Assembly (NCBI GenBank): GCA_965248355.1
Contig: OZ252098.1
Coordinates: 512,001 to 576,000 of the forward strand
Direction of reading: 5' to 3'
Origin: Candidatus Latescibacterota bacterium
GTDB lineage: Bacteria > Latescibacterota > UBA2968 > UBA8231
Length of the DNA stretch: 64,000 nucleotides
In this document: positions 8,633 through 17,414 of the stretch, piece by piece
How the letters are laid out: every line of letters begins with the position of its first letter
Position numbering within the stretch: the first letter of the stretch is position 1
Translations under genes and position numbers: made by a program
The notes under the pieces: model-generated
The model's input: the letters and a program-made list of their open reading frames with translations, nothing else
Told to the model about the DNA's origin: nothing
Database searches by the model: none

Positions 8633-10885
8633 TCAGCGTCGGTGCTGCTGCCGCTGGAAGCGGTGGAACTCGTGGATGGTGCCGCCCTCCACGTCCATGC
8701 CGATCCCGTACGAGTCGTTGCCGTAGTCGTCGGCGCCCGGCGGCGGCTGCTGCCAGGTGCGGCCGTCCGCCCACAGGGGGTGGGGGGCGTGGGCGCCGTC
8801 GTCGTCGAAAGAGCGGTATTCGTCGGTGCCCCCGGCGTCGAGGAGGAGGGCGAAGTTCGTGCCGTACTGGCTCGCCGGGGTGTACTCCACCAGAAAACTG
8901 CTCAGCAGGGTATCGGCCGGTCCGTGGTAGGAGGAGGCGGCGCTGCCGCCCCCGGCGCCTCCGGGCAGGGTGTACACATCGTCGCCGCCGCCGAGGTCGG
9001 CCAGGATCGCCGTGGAGCGGATCATGGCCCGGGCGCCGGAGATGATGCGCCCCGTGTAGCTGTCGTCGCCTCCCTTGTCGACCAGCAGGGAGACGCAGAA
9101 ATCCCAGGCGAAGGCGAGCCCGGCGCCGGCGGCGGCATTCATCCCCAGCCCCTGGGGGACCAGGTCGTCGGCGATGGGCGGGTCCCAGACGGTGTAGGTA
9201 TCGTCGCCATCGCCGTCGTCGAAGACGGCGCCCAGGCAGAAGTGGGCGCCGGAAGCCAGGGAATAGTACACCGACCGGTAGCGGTCGTCGCCGGCTCCAT
9301 CGTAAAGGATACCGGCGCCGAACCAGTAGCCAGCGCCCAGGGCCCAGTTGCCGGCCTCGTAGGCGTCGTCCCCGTCCAGGTCGAGCAGCGCCCCCAGGCC
9401 GCCGGCCCAGGCGTGGCCGTCGGACAGGTCGCCGCGGCGTCCGTTGGCCGCGCCCTGGGCGTTGGAGTAGGTGACGCGCTTGCGCGTGTGCCCGGAGCCG
9501 CGGCCGGTGATGTGGGCGTCGATCTCGGCGGTGTAGCGGTCGTCGCCGGAGCGGTCGGCCAGGACGCCGACGCCTCCGCCGATGCCACCGAAGCCCTGGC
9601 CGTCGCCCCACAGGTCGTAGATGTCGTTCCCGGCGCCGTCGACGAGCAGGCCGATGCCGAAGTAACCGGCACCCTGGCCGCTGAAGCGAAGCCGCCGGGT
9701 GTCGTCGCCCTCGTCGTCCCACAGCAGGCCCAGGCCGAAGTAGCCGAGGCCCTGGGCCATGTCCTCGGCCTCGTACAGATCGTCCCCCGCCACATCGAGG
9801 AGCAGGCCCACGCCGAGCAGACCCGCCCCCTGGGTGGGCCGGCCCGTGGGCGGCGCCAGGTAGCGGTCGTCGCCGGCGAGGTCGAGAGCGACGCTGACGG
9901 CCCGCTCGAAGGCGGCTCCCACGGAACCGGCGTAGACGTCGTCGCCCCCCAGGTCGACGAGGGCCAGGCAATCGCCGCAGTCTCCGTGCCGGTCGTTGCC
10001 GCCACCGGCCACGACGATCCGCCCGTAGGGCGTGGGCAGGTCGACGGGGGCGAAGGCCCGGTCCTCCTCCGGCAGGTGGTCCCGGGCCGCGGCCAGGTCC
10101 CGGGAAGCCCGCTCCAGGGCCGACACGGCCAGCTGGGCCGCGTGATAGAGGGACACCGCGTCCAGGTCCCGGGCGACGCGGTCGAGCTCGGGCGCGTAGT
10201 CCTTCTCGTGCAGGGGGCGTCGTTCGAGGGCCGCGGCGCGGTCGCCGGGATCGACCCCGTGAAAGGCCGTGGCGTGCCAGCGGCAGGCCTGCTCCAGCCC
10301 CGCCAGCAGCGCCGTCAGCGGTGCGTGGAGGGCCGCCGGCACCCGGGCCGCTTCCTCCCGCAAGCGGCCGGCGTCGAAGGGCGTGCCGGCCGAGCGGTGG
10401 AGCTGCTCCAGGACCGCGGACAGGTTCGGGCCGGCCTCGGCCGGCCCGCCGCCGTAGGCCTTGGAGAAGGTGGCGAAGTCGAAGGCGTAGTCGTAGCCCC
10501 GGGGTCCCACGACCTTCTTCTCCACCCCGAGGAAGTGGACCACCTTGAACATGGCGTTGGGCCGCTGAGCGCGGTACCCGGGATCGAGGTGCTCCTCCAG
10601 GGCGCCGGCCATGACCCGGACGAAGCCGTAGGTCTCCAGCGGCTCGGCCAGCAGGTCCGGCAGGAAGGGCAGGATGTGGGGGACCTGATCGATGCGCGGG
10701 AAGCGCGACCAGTAGGCCTTCGGCCGCACTCCGAGGTCGGAGCGCTCGAAGCCCACCAGGTCGAGGGCCTGGGTCAGCCGGTCGACGCCGAGAGCAGGCT
10801 CGAAGGAGGGCTCCCGGGCCTCGGCGCCGGCGGCCAGGGCGGCGGCCAGGGCGGCGGCCAGCAGGGGGCGTCGGGGGCGGATCAT
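8633..10885 (-). CDS. Secreted Gly/Asp-rich repeat protein (xQGxGxFGxGxLxDxxGxDxY repeats)
   Basis: Signal MIRPRRPLLAAALAAALAAGAEA. About 10 repeats of ~26 aa. ATG at 10885 overlaps the TGA of the upstream paralog. Confidence 0.75.
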   Translation of the reverse strand: MIRPRRPLLAAALAAALAAGAEAREPSFEPALGVDRLTQALDLVGFERSDLGVRPKAYWSRFPRIDQVPHILPFLPDLLAEPLETYGFVRVMAGALEEHLDPGYRAQRPNAMFKVVHFLGVEKKVVGPRGYDYAFDFATFSKAYGGGPAEAGPNLSAVLEQLHRSAGTPFDAGRLREEAARVPAALHAPLTALLAGLEQACRWHATAFHGVDPGDRAAALERRPLHEKDYAPELDRVARDLDAVSLYHAAQLAVSALERASRDLAAARDHLPEEDRAFAPVDLPTPYGRIVVAGGGNDRHGDCGDCLALVDLGGDDVYAGSVGAAFERAVSVALDLAGDDRYLAPPTGRPTQGAGLLGVGLLLDVAGDDLYEAEDMAQGLGYFGLGLLWDDEGDDTRRLRFSGQGAGYFGIGLLVDGAGNDIYDLWGDGQGFGGIGGGVGVLADRSGDDRYTAEIDAHITGRGSGHTRKRVTYSNAQGAANGRRGDLSDGHAWAGGLGALLDLDGDDAYEAGNWALGAGYWFGAGILYDGAGDDRYRSVYYSLASGAHFCLGAVFDDGDGDDTYTVWDPPIADDLVPQGLGMNAAAGAGLAFAWDFCVSLLVDKGGDDSYTGRIISGARAMIRSTAILADLGGGDDVYTLPGGAGGGSAASSYHGPADTLLSSFLVEYTPASQYGTNFALLLDAGGTDEYRSFDDDGAHAPHPLWADGRTWQQPPPGADDYGNDSYGIGMDVEGGTIHEFHRFQRQQHRR

Positions 10886-13056
10886 TTCCGGTCTCCCAGG
10901 GGGGCGAAGACGGTGAACTCGGGGATCGTGCCGCCCTCGACGTCCATGCCCACGCCATAGGAGTCGAGGCCGTATTCCTCGGAGTCCGGCGCAGGCTGCA
11001 GCCAAGTGGAACCGTCCTTCCAGATCGGCGACGGCGCGTGCTCTCCCGTGTCGGAGTAGTTCAGATAGCGGTCCTCGCCGCCGGTGTCGAGGAGGAAGCC
11101 GAAGTTCGTGCCGTGATGGCTGTAGGGGCCGTAGCCGATCTCGTGGGGATGGACGGCCCGCGCGTAGCTGTCGCGGAAGGCGCCGTGGCCCCCGCCGGCG
11201 CCCGCGGGCAGCACGTAGGTGTCGCTCCCGCTGCCGAGGTCGGCGAGGATGGCGGTGGAGCGGATCATGGCCTGGGCACCGGAGATGATGCGCGCCTCGT
11301 ACCAGTCGTTGCCGCCCTTGTCGACGAGTAGGCCCATGGTGTAGTCCCAGCCGAAAGCCAGGCCGGCCCCCGCCGAGGCGTTCATGGTGTCGCTTTGAGG
11401 CTCGAGGGGCGGATCGACCAGGCGGTAGCGATCGTCGCCATCGCCCTCGTCGAAGATCGCGCCGATGCAGAAGTGGGCCCCCGAGGCCATCGAGTAGTAG
11501 ACCGCCTCGTAGAGGTCATTGCCACCGCCGTCGTAGACCAGCCCTGTGCCGAACCAGTACCCGGACCCGAGGGCCCAGTTGCCCGCGCGCCGGGTGTCGT
11601 CCCCTGACAGGTCGACCAGCGCCCCCAGGCCTCCCGCCCAGGAATAGCCCTCCTCGAGATCGGCGCGCCGGCCGATGGCGGCGCCCTGTGCGTGGGAGCT
11701 GGTGACGCGGTGGGCCGTATGGTAGGACCCCCGTCCCGTGATCCGGGCGTCGACCTCCGCGGTGTAGGCGTCGTCGCCGCCGGCGTCCGCGAGCACCCCG
11801 ATGCCGCCGCCGGGACCTCCGAAGCCCTGGCCGTCCCCCCACAGGTAATAGGTGTCGTCGCCGCCGCCGTCGACCAGCAGGCCCAGTCCGAAGTAGCCGG
11901 CTCCCTGGGCCGAGAACCGGGCGCGGTAGGCGTCGGCGCCGTCCCCCTCGTCCCAGAGGATGCCGGCGCCGAAGAGGCCGCTGCCCTGGGCCATGCCCTC
12001 GGCCTCGTAGAGGTCGTTGCCGCCGCCGTCCCAGAGCAGGCCGACGCCGAAGACCCCGGCGCCTTGCACGGTCTGCCCCGATCCCCCGCCCCGGTAGGTG
12101 TCGTCCCCCGACAGGTCGAGGACCACGGCGATCCGCTGCGCCGGGCCGGCGCCGGCGCCGGCGGCGTAGGTGTCGTCACCCCCCAGATCGACCACGGCGA
12201 GGCAGTCCCGGCACCCATGCTCGTCCGGCCCGGTGCCGGCGATCATCACCCGGCCCAGGGGCGTGGTCCAGAGGATGCGCGCAGCCACGGGACCGGCGCT
12301 ATCGATGGCCGCGGACAGCTGCCGGTGCGCCGTCTCCACCGCTTGCAGGGCCTGCTGGGCCGTGTTGGTCAGCAGGACCAGGTCGGCCCCCGCCGAGGCG
12401 CGCCGCAGGGCCGGGGCGTACTCGATCTCGTGGGCGGCCTGCTCGGCGGCGATCCAGGTCTGGTCGGCGGCCGGGACCCCCTCGAAGGCCTCTTCCACCC
12501 AGCGGTGGGCCCGGGCCAGGCGCCAGAGGAAGCGGGCCAGAGGCCGGTGCAGGGGGCGGGGCAGGCCGGCCGCCTCGACCCGCACCCGGGCCAGCAGATC
12601 GTCGCCGGCCGGCGCCCCGCCGGCGCGGTGGAGCTCCTCGACGGCGGCCACCAGGGGATCGGCCAGGTCCCCGGGCAGGTCGACGGCCCCGGCTCGGTAG
12701 CCGCGGTGCCCTGGCGACAGGTGCGTGAAGCCCAGGTAGTAGGCGGTCTTGAAGGCTCCGTCCTCGTTGGCGGACCGGTAGGAAGGAGCCAGGAAGCGCT
12801 CCATGGCGCCGGCCATGACCCGGCTCATCTCGTAGGTGCGCAGTGGCTCGGCGAATAGATCGGGAAAGAAGAAGGGGACACGCCGGGTCCCGGCGAAGTG
12901 GCCGAAGCGGGACCACCATGTCTTGGGGCGGCAGCCCAGGTCGCTGCGCTCGAAGGAGACGGCGGCCAGGGCCTCGGCGAGGCGGTCGGGGGGCTCTGCG
13001 GGGACCGGCGGCACCGATGCCAGGATCACGGCCGCCACCATGCAGGTCGGTCTCAT
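10882..13056 (-). CDS. Secreted Gly/Asp-rich repeat protein, tandem paralog of 8633-10885
   Basis: Same repeats, and shared FERSDLG..PK..WSRF, AGNWALG.GYWFG and GMDVEGGTI.EF blocks. Confidence 0.75.
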   Translation of the reverse strand: MRPTCMVAAVILASVPPVPAEPPDRLAEALAAVSFERSDLGCRPKTWWSRFGHFAGTRRVPFFFPDLFAEPLRTYEMSRVMAGAMERFLAPSYRSANEDGAFKTAYYLGFTHLSPGHRGYRAGAVDLPGDLADPLVAAVEELHRAGGAPAGDDLLARVRVEAAGLPRPLHRPLARFLWRLARAHRWVEEAFEGVPAADQTWIAAEQAAHEIEYAPALRRASAGADLVLLTNTAQQALQAVETAHRQLSAAIDSAGPVAARILWTTPLGRVMIAGTGPDEHGCRDCLAVVDLGGDDTYAAGAGAGPAQRIAVVLDLSGDDTYRGGGSGQTVQGAGVFGVGLLWDGGGNDLYEAEGMAQGSGLFGAGILWDEGDGADAYRARFSAQGAGYFGLGLLVDGGGDDTYYLWGDGQGFGGPGGGIGVLADAGGDDAYTAEVDARITGRGSYHTAHRVTSSHAQGAAIGRRADLEEGYSWAGGLGALVDLSGDDTRRAGNWALGSGYWFGTGLVYDGGGNDLYEAVYYSMASGAHFCIGAIFDEGDGDDRYRLVDPPLEPQSDTMNASAGAGLAFGWDYTMGLLVDKGGNDWYEARIISGAQAMIRSTAILADLGSGSDTYVLPAGAGGGHGAFRDSYARAVHPHEIGYGPYSHHGTNFGFLLDTGGEDRYLNYSDTGEHAPSPIWKDGSTWLQPAPDSEEYGLDSYGVGMDVEGGTIPEFTVFAPLGDRK

Positions 13057-13184
13057 GGCATGCACTTCGGGAATCTTGGCCTTTCTGGAGGAAAGGTTAG
13101 ATCCAAGGGGGCCCTTCGTGCAATTCATAGCCACCGAGGCGGCCACACGGTAGATTCGGGAGGTCCTTTCTTCTTCCGGAGTCG

Positions 13185-15035
13185 TTGATCCTCCGCTTCC
13201 TGCTCCTTCTCCTCGGGCTGCAGCAGTCCGCAGCAGCCGGCCACGCCCTCGTGCTGGTGGAAAACGGGGTACCCCGGGCGACCATTGTCAGGCGCGCCGG
13301 GGCCGGCCGTTCCCTGGACGAAGCCGTGCTTCTGCTGCAGCGCGCCGTGGAGACGATCTCCGGCCCTCGCCTGCCCGTGGTCGACAGCCTGGACCAGGTC
13401 CGCACCGCGGGACGAATCCTCCTCGGCGCCGGCCCCGACCCGCCCCGCATCGGGGACCGCCTCGGCTACGACGGTTGCTACGTTCGCGTGCGCGGCGATG
13501 AGCTGGTGATCCTGGGCCCGACGGACGCCGGCGTCGCCAACGGCGTCAGTTGGTTCGTGGAGTGGAAGCTCGGTCTCCACATCCTGGGCTTTGGCCCCGG
13601 GGACCGGGTGGTGCCAAGCCAGTCGTCCATCGAGGTGGAGGACTTCGAGTACAGCCACCGCCCCTCCTTCGCCTGGCGCGAGTCCTGGACCAGTGCCGTC
13701 CGCGGGTACGAGGGCTACATCCCCGTTCTCGACGAGGCCGAGAGGGGGCGCTCGGAGGAGTACTACGCGCTCAACCGGCGCGGCGGCGTGCCCATCAGCG
13801 GCGCCCACTCCCTGTATCGCTACATACCGGACTCGCTCTTCTCCTCCCACCCCGAGTACTTTCCCCTCATCGACGGCAAGCGGGTGGTCGAGTCGCCCCG
13901 AGGCGGCTCGGTGCAGCGGGAGCTGTCCCATCCCGGAGTCCTGCAGCGCGTCGTCGAGAGCCTCCGCGACCGGTACTCGCCGGATGCCGTGGCCTTCGCC
14001 ACGGTGAGTCCGAACGACGATCCGCACTGGTCGGAGAGCGAGGCCGACCGGCACTTGGCAGAGGATCCCGGAGCGCGCATGATGCTGTTCTGCAACCTGG
14101 CCGTGGAAGCCTTGGCACCGACCCATCCGGGTCTCGGCGCCTGTTTCCTCGCCTACAGCTACTCGGGGACCATGGAGCCTCCGTTGGGCTACCTCGCTCA
14201 CGAACGCGTCGTGCCCCTCGTGGCCCCTCTCGGCGCCTGTCCCGTCCACGGCCCGGCCGACGGGAGTTGTCCGGACCACGGGGAGATGCGGCGCATCTAC
14301 GAGGGTTGGAAGCAGGTGGCCGCCAAGGTTGCCACCTACCCCTACCTGTACGCGAACATCCTGCCATTGCCGACTCCCGGGGTGGTGGCTGAAGAGATTC
14401 GGTACTACCACCATCTGGGGCTGTTCGGCGTGCAGCGGGAGCACATGGCCCGCGGGTTCGGCTGGGAGCTGAGCTACTGGCTCGAGTGGCAGTTGCTGTG
14501 GGACGCCGAGATGGATGTGTCCGCGCTGCGGAGGGTCTTCATGGAGGGTTGGTACGGTGCGGCGGCCCCGGCCATGCAGCGGATCTACGACCGGGTCGAG
14601 GGAGCCGTGGCCTCGGCGCCGCCCGGGCGCACCATGGCCAAGCGTGACCGCGTGCGCTACTGGCGCGGATGGTTCACGGGCTGGACGGACAGCTTCAATC
14701 AACTGCCCGGACCGCTGTCGGGCACGGAGGAGTCCAACGCCCGGAACCTGGCCGAGGCTCGGGCCCGGGCCGATACGCCGGTGGCGAGGGCGCACGTGGA
14801 GCGCGCCGCCGCCGATCTGACGGCCATGGCGGCCTATGGCCGTGGACGGCTCGCCTTTGACAGCTGGGACGCCGGGGAATCAGGACCGACGGAGACACTC
14901 GGGACGATCGACAGCGCTCTGGCCGAGGTGCGGCGCCTGCAGCCGACCTCCCTTCGCGGCGTGCATGCTCCGCTCGGGCAGTTGCGCCGGCTTCGGGAGA
15001 CGGTCGCCGCCGGGGAGAGGGAAGGGGATCGGTGA
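13185..15035 (+). CDS. DUF4838 domain protein (putative secreted glycoside hydrolase)
   Basis: Signal peptide. GH20/GH67-like N-domain (LQRAVETISG..LPV; DG.YVRV.GDELVILG). PSFAWR and HS...IP...F..HPEYFPLIDGKR motifs. Confidence 0.75.
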   Translation: MILRFLLLLLGLQQSAAAGHALVLVENGVPRATIVRRAGAGRSLDEAVLLLQRAVETISGPRLPVVDSLDQVRTAGRILLGAGPDPPRIGDRLGYDGCYVRVRGDELVILGPTDAGVANGVSWFVEWKLGLHILGFGPGDRVVPSQSSIEVEDFEYSHRPSFAWRESWTSAVRGYEGYIPVLDEAERGRSEEYYALNRRGGVPISGAHSLYRYIPDSLFSSHPEYFPLIDGKRVVESPRGGSVQRELSHPGVLQRVVESLRDRYSPDAVAFATVSPNDDPHWSESEADRHLAEDPGARMMLFCNLAVEALAPTHPGLGACFLAYSYSGTMEPPLGYLAHERVVPLVAPLGACPVHGPADGSCPDHGEMRRIYEGWKQVAAKVATYPYLYANILPLPTPGVVAEEIRYYHHLGLFGVQREHMARGFGWELSYWLEWQLLWDAEMDVSALRRVFMEGWYGAAAPAMQRIYDRVEGAVASAPPGRTMAKRDRVRYWRGWFTGWTDSFNQLPGPLSGTEESNARNLAEARARADTPVARAHVERAAADLTAMAAYGRGRLAFDSWDAGESGPTETLGTIDSALAEVRRLQPTSLRGVHAPLGQLRRLRETVAAGEREGDR

Positions 15036-15066
15036 GGCCGCCGGCCCCTTGAGCGGGATCTGGCGA

Positions 15067-15465
15067 CTAGCGGATGCCGAAGGTTTCGACGCCGAGTCCG
15101 CGGAGCCTGTCGAGCACCCTGATCACATCCTGGTAGGGAACCTCACCCGAACCGCTGAACATCACCTTGCGCTCGGCGAGGACCTCCTTCGGAAACATCT
15201 CATCCATCTTGACGGCGAGAGCCTCGAAGGCCACTTCTTCATCGTCGATCAGGATCCTGCCGTCGGCGGTGAGGACGACGACCGGATCGGGCTTCAGCTG
15301 TCCGGAGGAGACCGTCCCGGCCTGTGGGAGGTTGGCCTCCAGCGTCTCGATGAGGATCGGCGTGATGACGAGAAAGCCCAGCAGCAGACAGAGGGATACG
15401 TCGCCCATGGGCGTGATGTTGATGTTGGACTCCAACCGGCCGAGAGCCCTGCGGCGGCGGGGCAT
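15067..15465 (-). CDS. exbD: Biopolymer transport protein ExbD/TolR
   Basis: INITPMGDVSLCLLLGFLV transmembrane helix with the conserved Asp. C-terminal VPYQDVIRVLD..R.LG. Confidence 0.85.
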   Translation of the reverse strand: MPRRRRALGRLESNINITPMGDVSLCLLLGFLVITPILIETLEANLPQAGTVSSGQLKPDPVVVLTADGRILIDDEEVAFEALAVKMDEMFPKEVLAERKVMFSGSGEVPYQDVIRVLDRLRGLGVETFGIR

Positions 15466-15897
15466 CTAGCGCTCCTTCCTGGCCAGCAGGTCGACGGCGG
15501 GCGCGCCGATTCCCTGGCACACCTCCATCAGTTCGAGTATCTCGCCGTACGGCAGATTGCGGGCGCCCTTGATGATGATCGGGTTGCCCTCCTGGCCCTG
15601 GTATGCGAGGGCCAGTTCATCCTTCAAGCCCGTCTTGTCCACTTCGGTCAGGTTGACGAACAGACTCCCGTCTTCCTTTACCGACAGCACGACAAGCTGC
15701 TCGGCGGCCTCCTCCATCCGGTCGGCGTGATCGGCGTCGGGCGTGTCGACCTCGACCCCTTCGCGGATGATGGGCATGACGATCATGAAGATGATCAGCA
15801 ACACAAGGGCGACGTTCACCACCGGGGTGATGTCGGGCATGGGATTCGTACGTTCCCGCTGCCCCGCGGCCGTTCTCAGTTGGCGCTTCCGTGGCAC
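15466..15897 (-). CDS. exbD: Biopolymer transport protein ExbD/TolR (TM Asp replaced by Asn)
   Basis: DITPVVNVALVLLIIFMIVMP and IIIKGARNLPYGEILELM..C..IG. Start uncertain (GTG 15897 or ATG 15840). Confidence 0.8.
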   Translation of the reverse strand: MPRKRQLRTAAGQRERTNPMPDITPVVNVALVLLIIFMIVMPIIREGVEVDTPDADHADRMEEAAEQLVVLSVKEDGSLFVNLTEVDKTGLKDELALAYQGQEGNPIIIKGARNLPYGEILELMEVCQGIGAPAVDLLARKER

Positions 15898-15923
15898 CTG
15901 GTGGATCCGTCGAGCTGTGAGGG

Positions 15924-16601
15924 TTAGGCGGCGCTGGCTCGCAGGGCGTGACGGACCGCGCGGCTCACCACCCGCGTCGCGGCATTGTCCAACTCCACGG
16001 CCATCACGTCGATCCTGTTCGTGAAGAAATTGTAGGCCCACAGGGCCGGGATGGCGACGAAGAGGCCGATCACCGTGGTCACCAGGGCCTCGGAGATTCC
16101 GCCGGATACCGTCGCCAGTCCTCCCGAACCGGTCTCGGCGATGCCGCGAAAGGCGGCGATCAGGCCCGTGACCGTGCCGAGCAGACCCAGGAAGGGCGCC
16201 ACGCCCGAGATCGTAGCCATGCCGCTGAGGCGCACGCGCAGGTTGATGACGGCCACGTCGAGCTCGCGGCTGACGGCCTCGTCCACGCCTTCGACGACCA
16301 CGGCTCCGGGCTGGTTGTCGTTGCGCAGGGACTCGTACTCGGCAAGGCCGGCCGCGACGACCGAACCGAGCGAGCACCGGCCCTCCGCAACGGCCTCGCG
16401 GGCGGCACCGAGGATCTGGTCGGCCTCGCTCTCACCCTCGATCTGGTCGATGAAGGTCCCGGAGCGCTGCCGGTCGGTGCGCAGGGCCAGGAAGCGGTCC
16501 ACCATGACTGCGTAGGAATAGATGGACAGGGCGAACAGGACCAGGACAACCACCTTGCCGGTGATCGCCATCGATCCCCAGAGTTGGGTGAGCAACTCCA
16601 T
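15924..16601 (-). CDS. exbB: MotA/TolQ/ExbB proton channel protein
   Basis: APFLGLLGTV.GLI.AF and GGISEALVTT..GL.VAIPA motifs. AGGAGG RBS before ATG 16601. Confidence 0.9.
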   Translation of the reverse strand: MELLTQLWGSMAITGKVVVLVLFALSIYSYAVMVDRFLALRTDRQRSGTFIDQIEGESEADQILGAAREAVAEGRCSLGSVVAAGLAEYESLRNDNQPGAVVVEGVDEAVSRELDVAVINLRVRLSGMATISGVAPFLGLLGTVTGLIAAFRGIAETGSGGLATVSGGISEALVTTVIGLFVAIPALWAYNFFTNRIDVMAVELDNAATRVVSRAVRHALRASAA

Positions 16602-16682
16602 CGGGTCCTCCTTTCGAGCCGGTCGGCCGGGTTGCAGAGCGGGAGATGGCTTCTCCACGGACACGACTCCATCCAAGGCCAC

Positions 16683-16711
16683 ATTGTACGGATATGCTCT
16701 GGGGTTCACAA
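16683..16711 (-). promoter_or_regulatory. Sigma70-type promoter of exbB-exbD-exbD
   Basis: Minus strand reads TTGTGA-N17-TACAAT. Confidence 0.55.
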
Positions 16712-16952
16712 CCAGCATGGGCCATGACCTTCGAGGCGTGGGACGCCTGCACAGCGGACTCGATTACGTCCCCCTGAGCCGTGACTACGTGACTACATTC
16801 TCGCCCGGGAAGGCGCGGAGCGGGGTGGGGAGGGGCCCGGCAGACGTCATGCCGATCTGCGCGGGACCACGACAAGCTGCATCAGGAGTTGGGGCGGTCC
16901 TGGGCCCTCAAGGTCCCGCTCCTGGTCAAGATCGGACACTGAGGGAGAAAGC

Positions 16953-17414
16953 ATGTATGGACCCGCCCCCGGCCACCGGCCGGAACGCCTGCAATGGTTC
17001 AACGGCCTCGGCTTCGGGAGCATCGAAGGTCAAGCAGGTAGCCGGCTCGTTGCCTTGGCCCGTGGGAGTGGGCTCGGTGGTCTACGAGATCATCGACGCC
17101 GACAGGGTGTACGTCATCCGCCATTCCATGGGCGGGTACGGCGTCTGGCACCTGTGATCAGGCAACCCCGGCTGTTCGCCGTGGCCGTGCCCATCGCCGG
17201 GGGCGCCGATCCCGTCCTGGCGGAGGCCACCGCCGCCGTGCCCGTGGCCTGCTCGCGCGGCATCGTCGCGGCCCTGCGCCAGGCGGGCAGCAGCCCGCGG
17301 TACACCGAGTTCCCCGGCGAGGGGCACGGGGTCTGGCCCCTGGCCTTCGACGACCCCGGCCTCTTCGACTGGCTCTTCGCCCAAAGGCGGAGCCCAAAGG
17401 CCGGTGAGGAATGA
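16953..17414 (+). pseudogene. Chimeric remnant: 5' end of a GH29 fucosidase gene joined to a frameshifted alpha/beta-hydrolase (esterase/peptidase) 3' end
   Basis: Start MYGPAPGHRPERLQWFNGLGFG closely copies the start of 18678. In another frame IDADRVYVIRHSMGGYGVWHL* (degenerate GxSMGG). Then PRLFAVAVPIAGG...YTEFPGEGHGVW...WLFAQRR. Confidence 0.7.

Noticed and set aside
10826-10862. GCGGCCAGG-type short tandem repeats
   Set aside because: They simply encode the Ala/Leu-rich signal peptide (LAAALAAALAA).
8633-13056. Periodic DNA similarity that might suggest a CRISPR array or tandem repeat
   Set aside because: The repeats are degenerate, in-frame protein repeats. There are no identical repeats with unique spacers and no cas genes.
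16762-16798. Short repeats GATTACGT / GACTACGT / GACTACAT upstream of the exbB promoter
   Set aside because: Too short and irregularly spaced to distinguish from chance.
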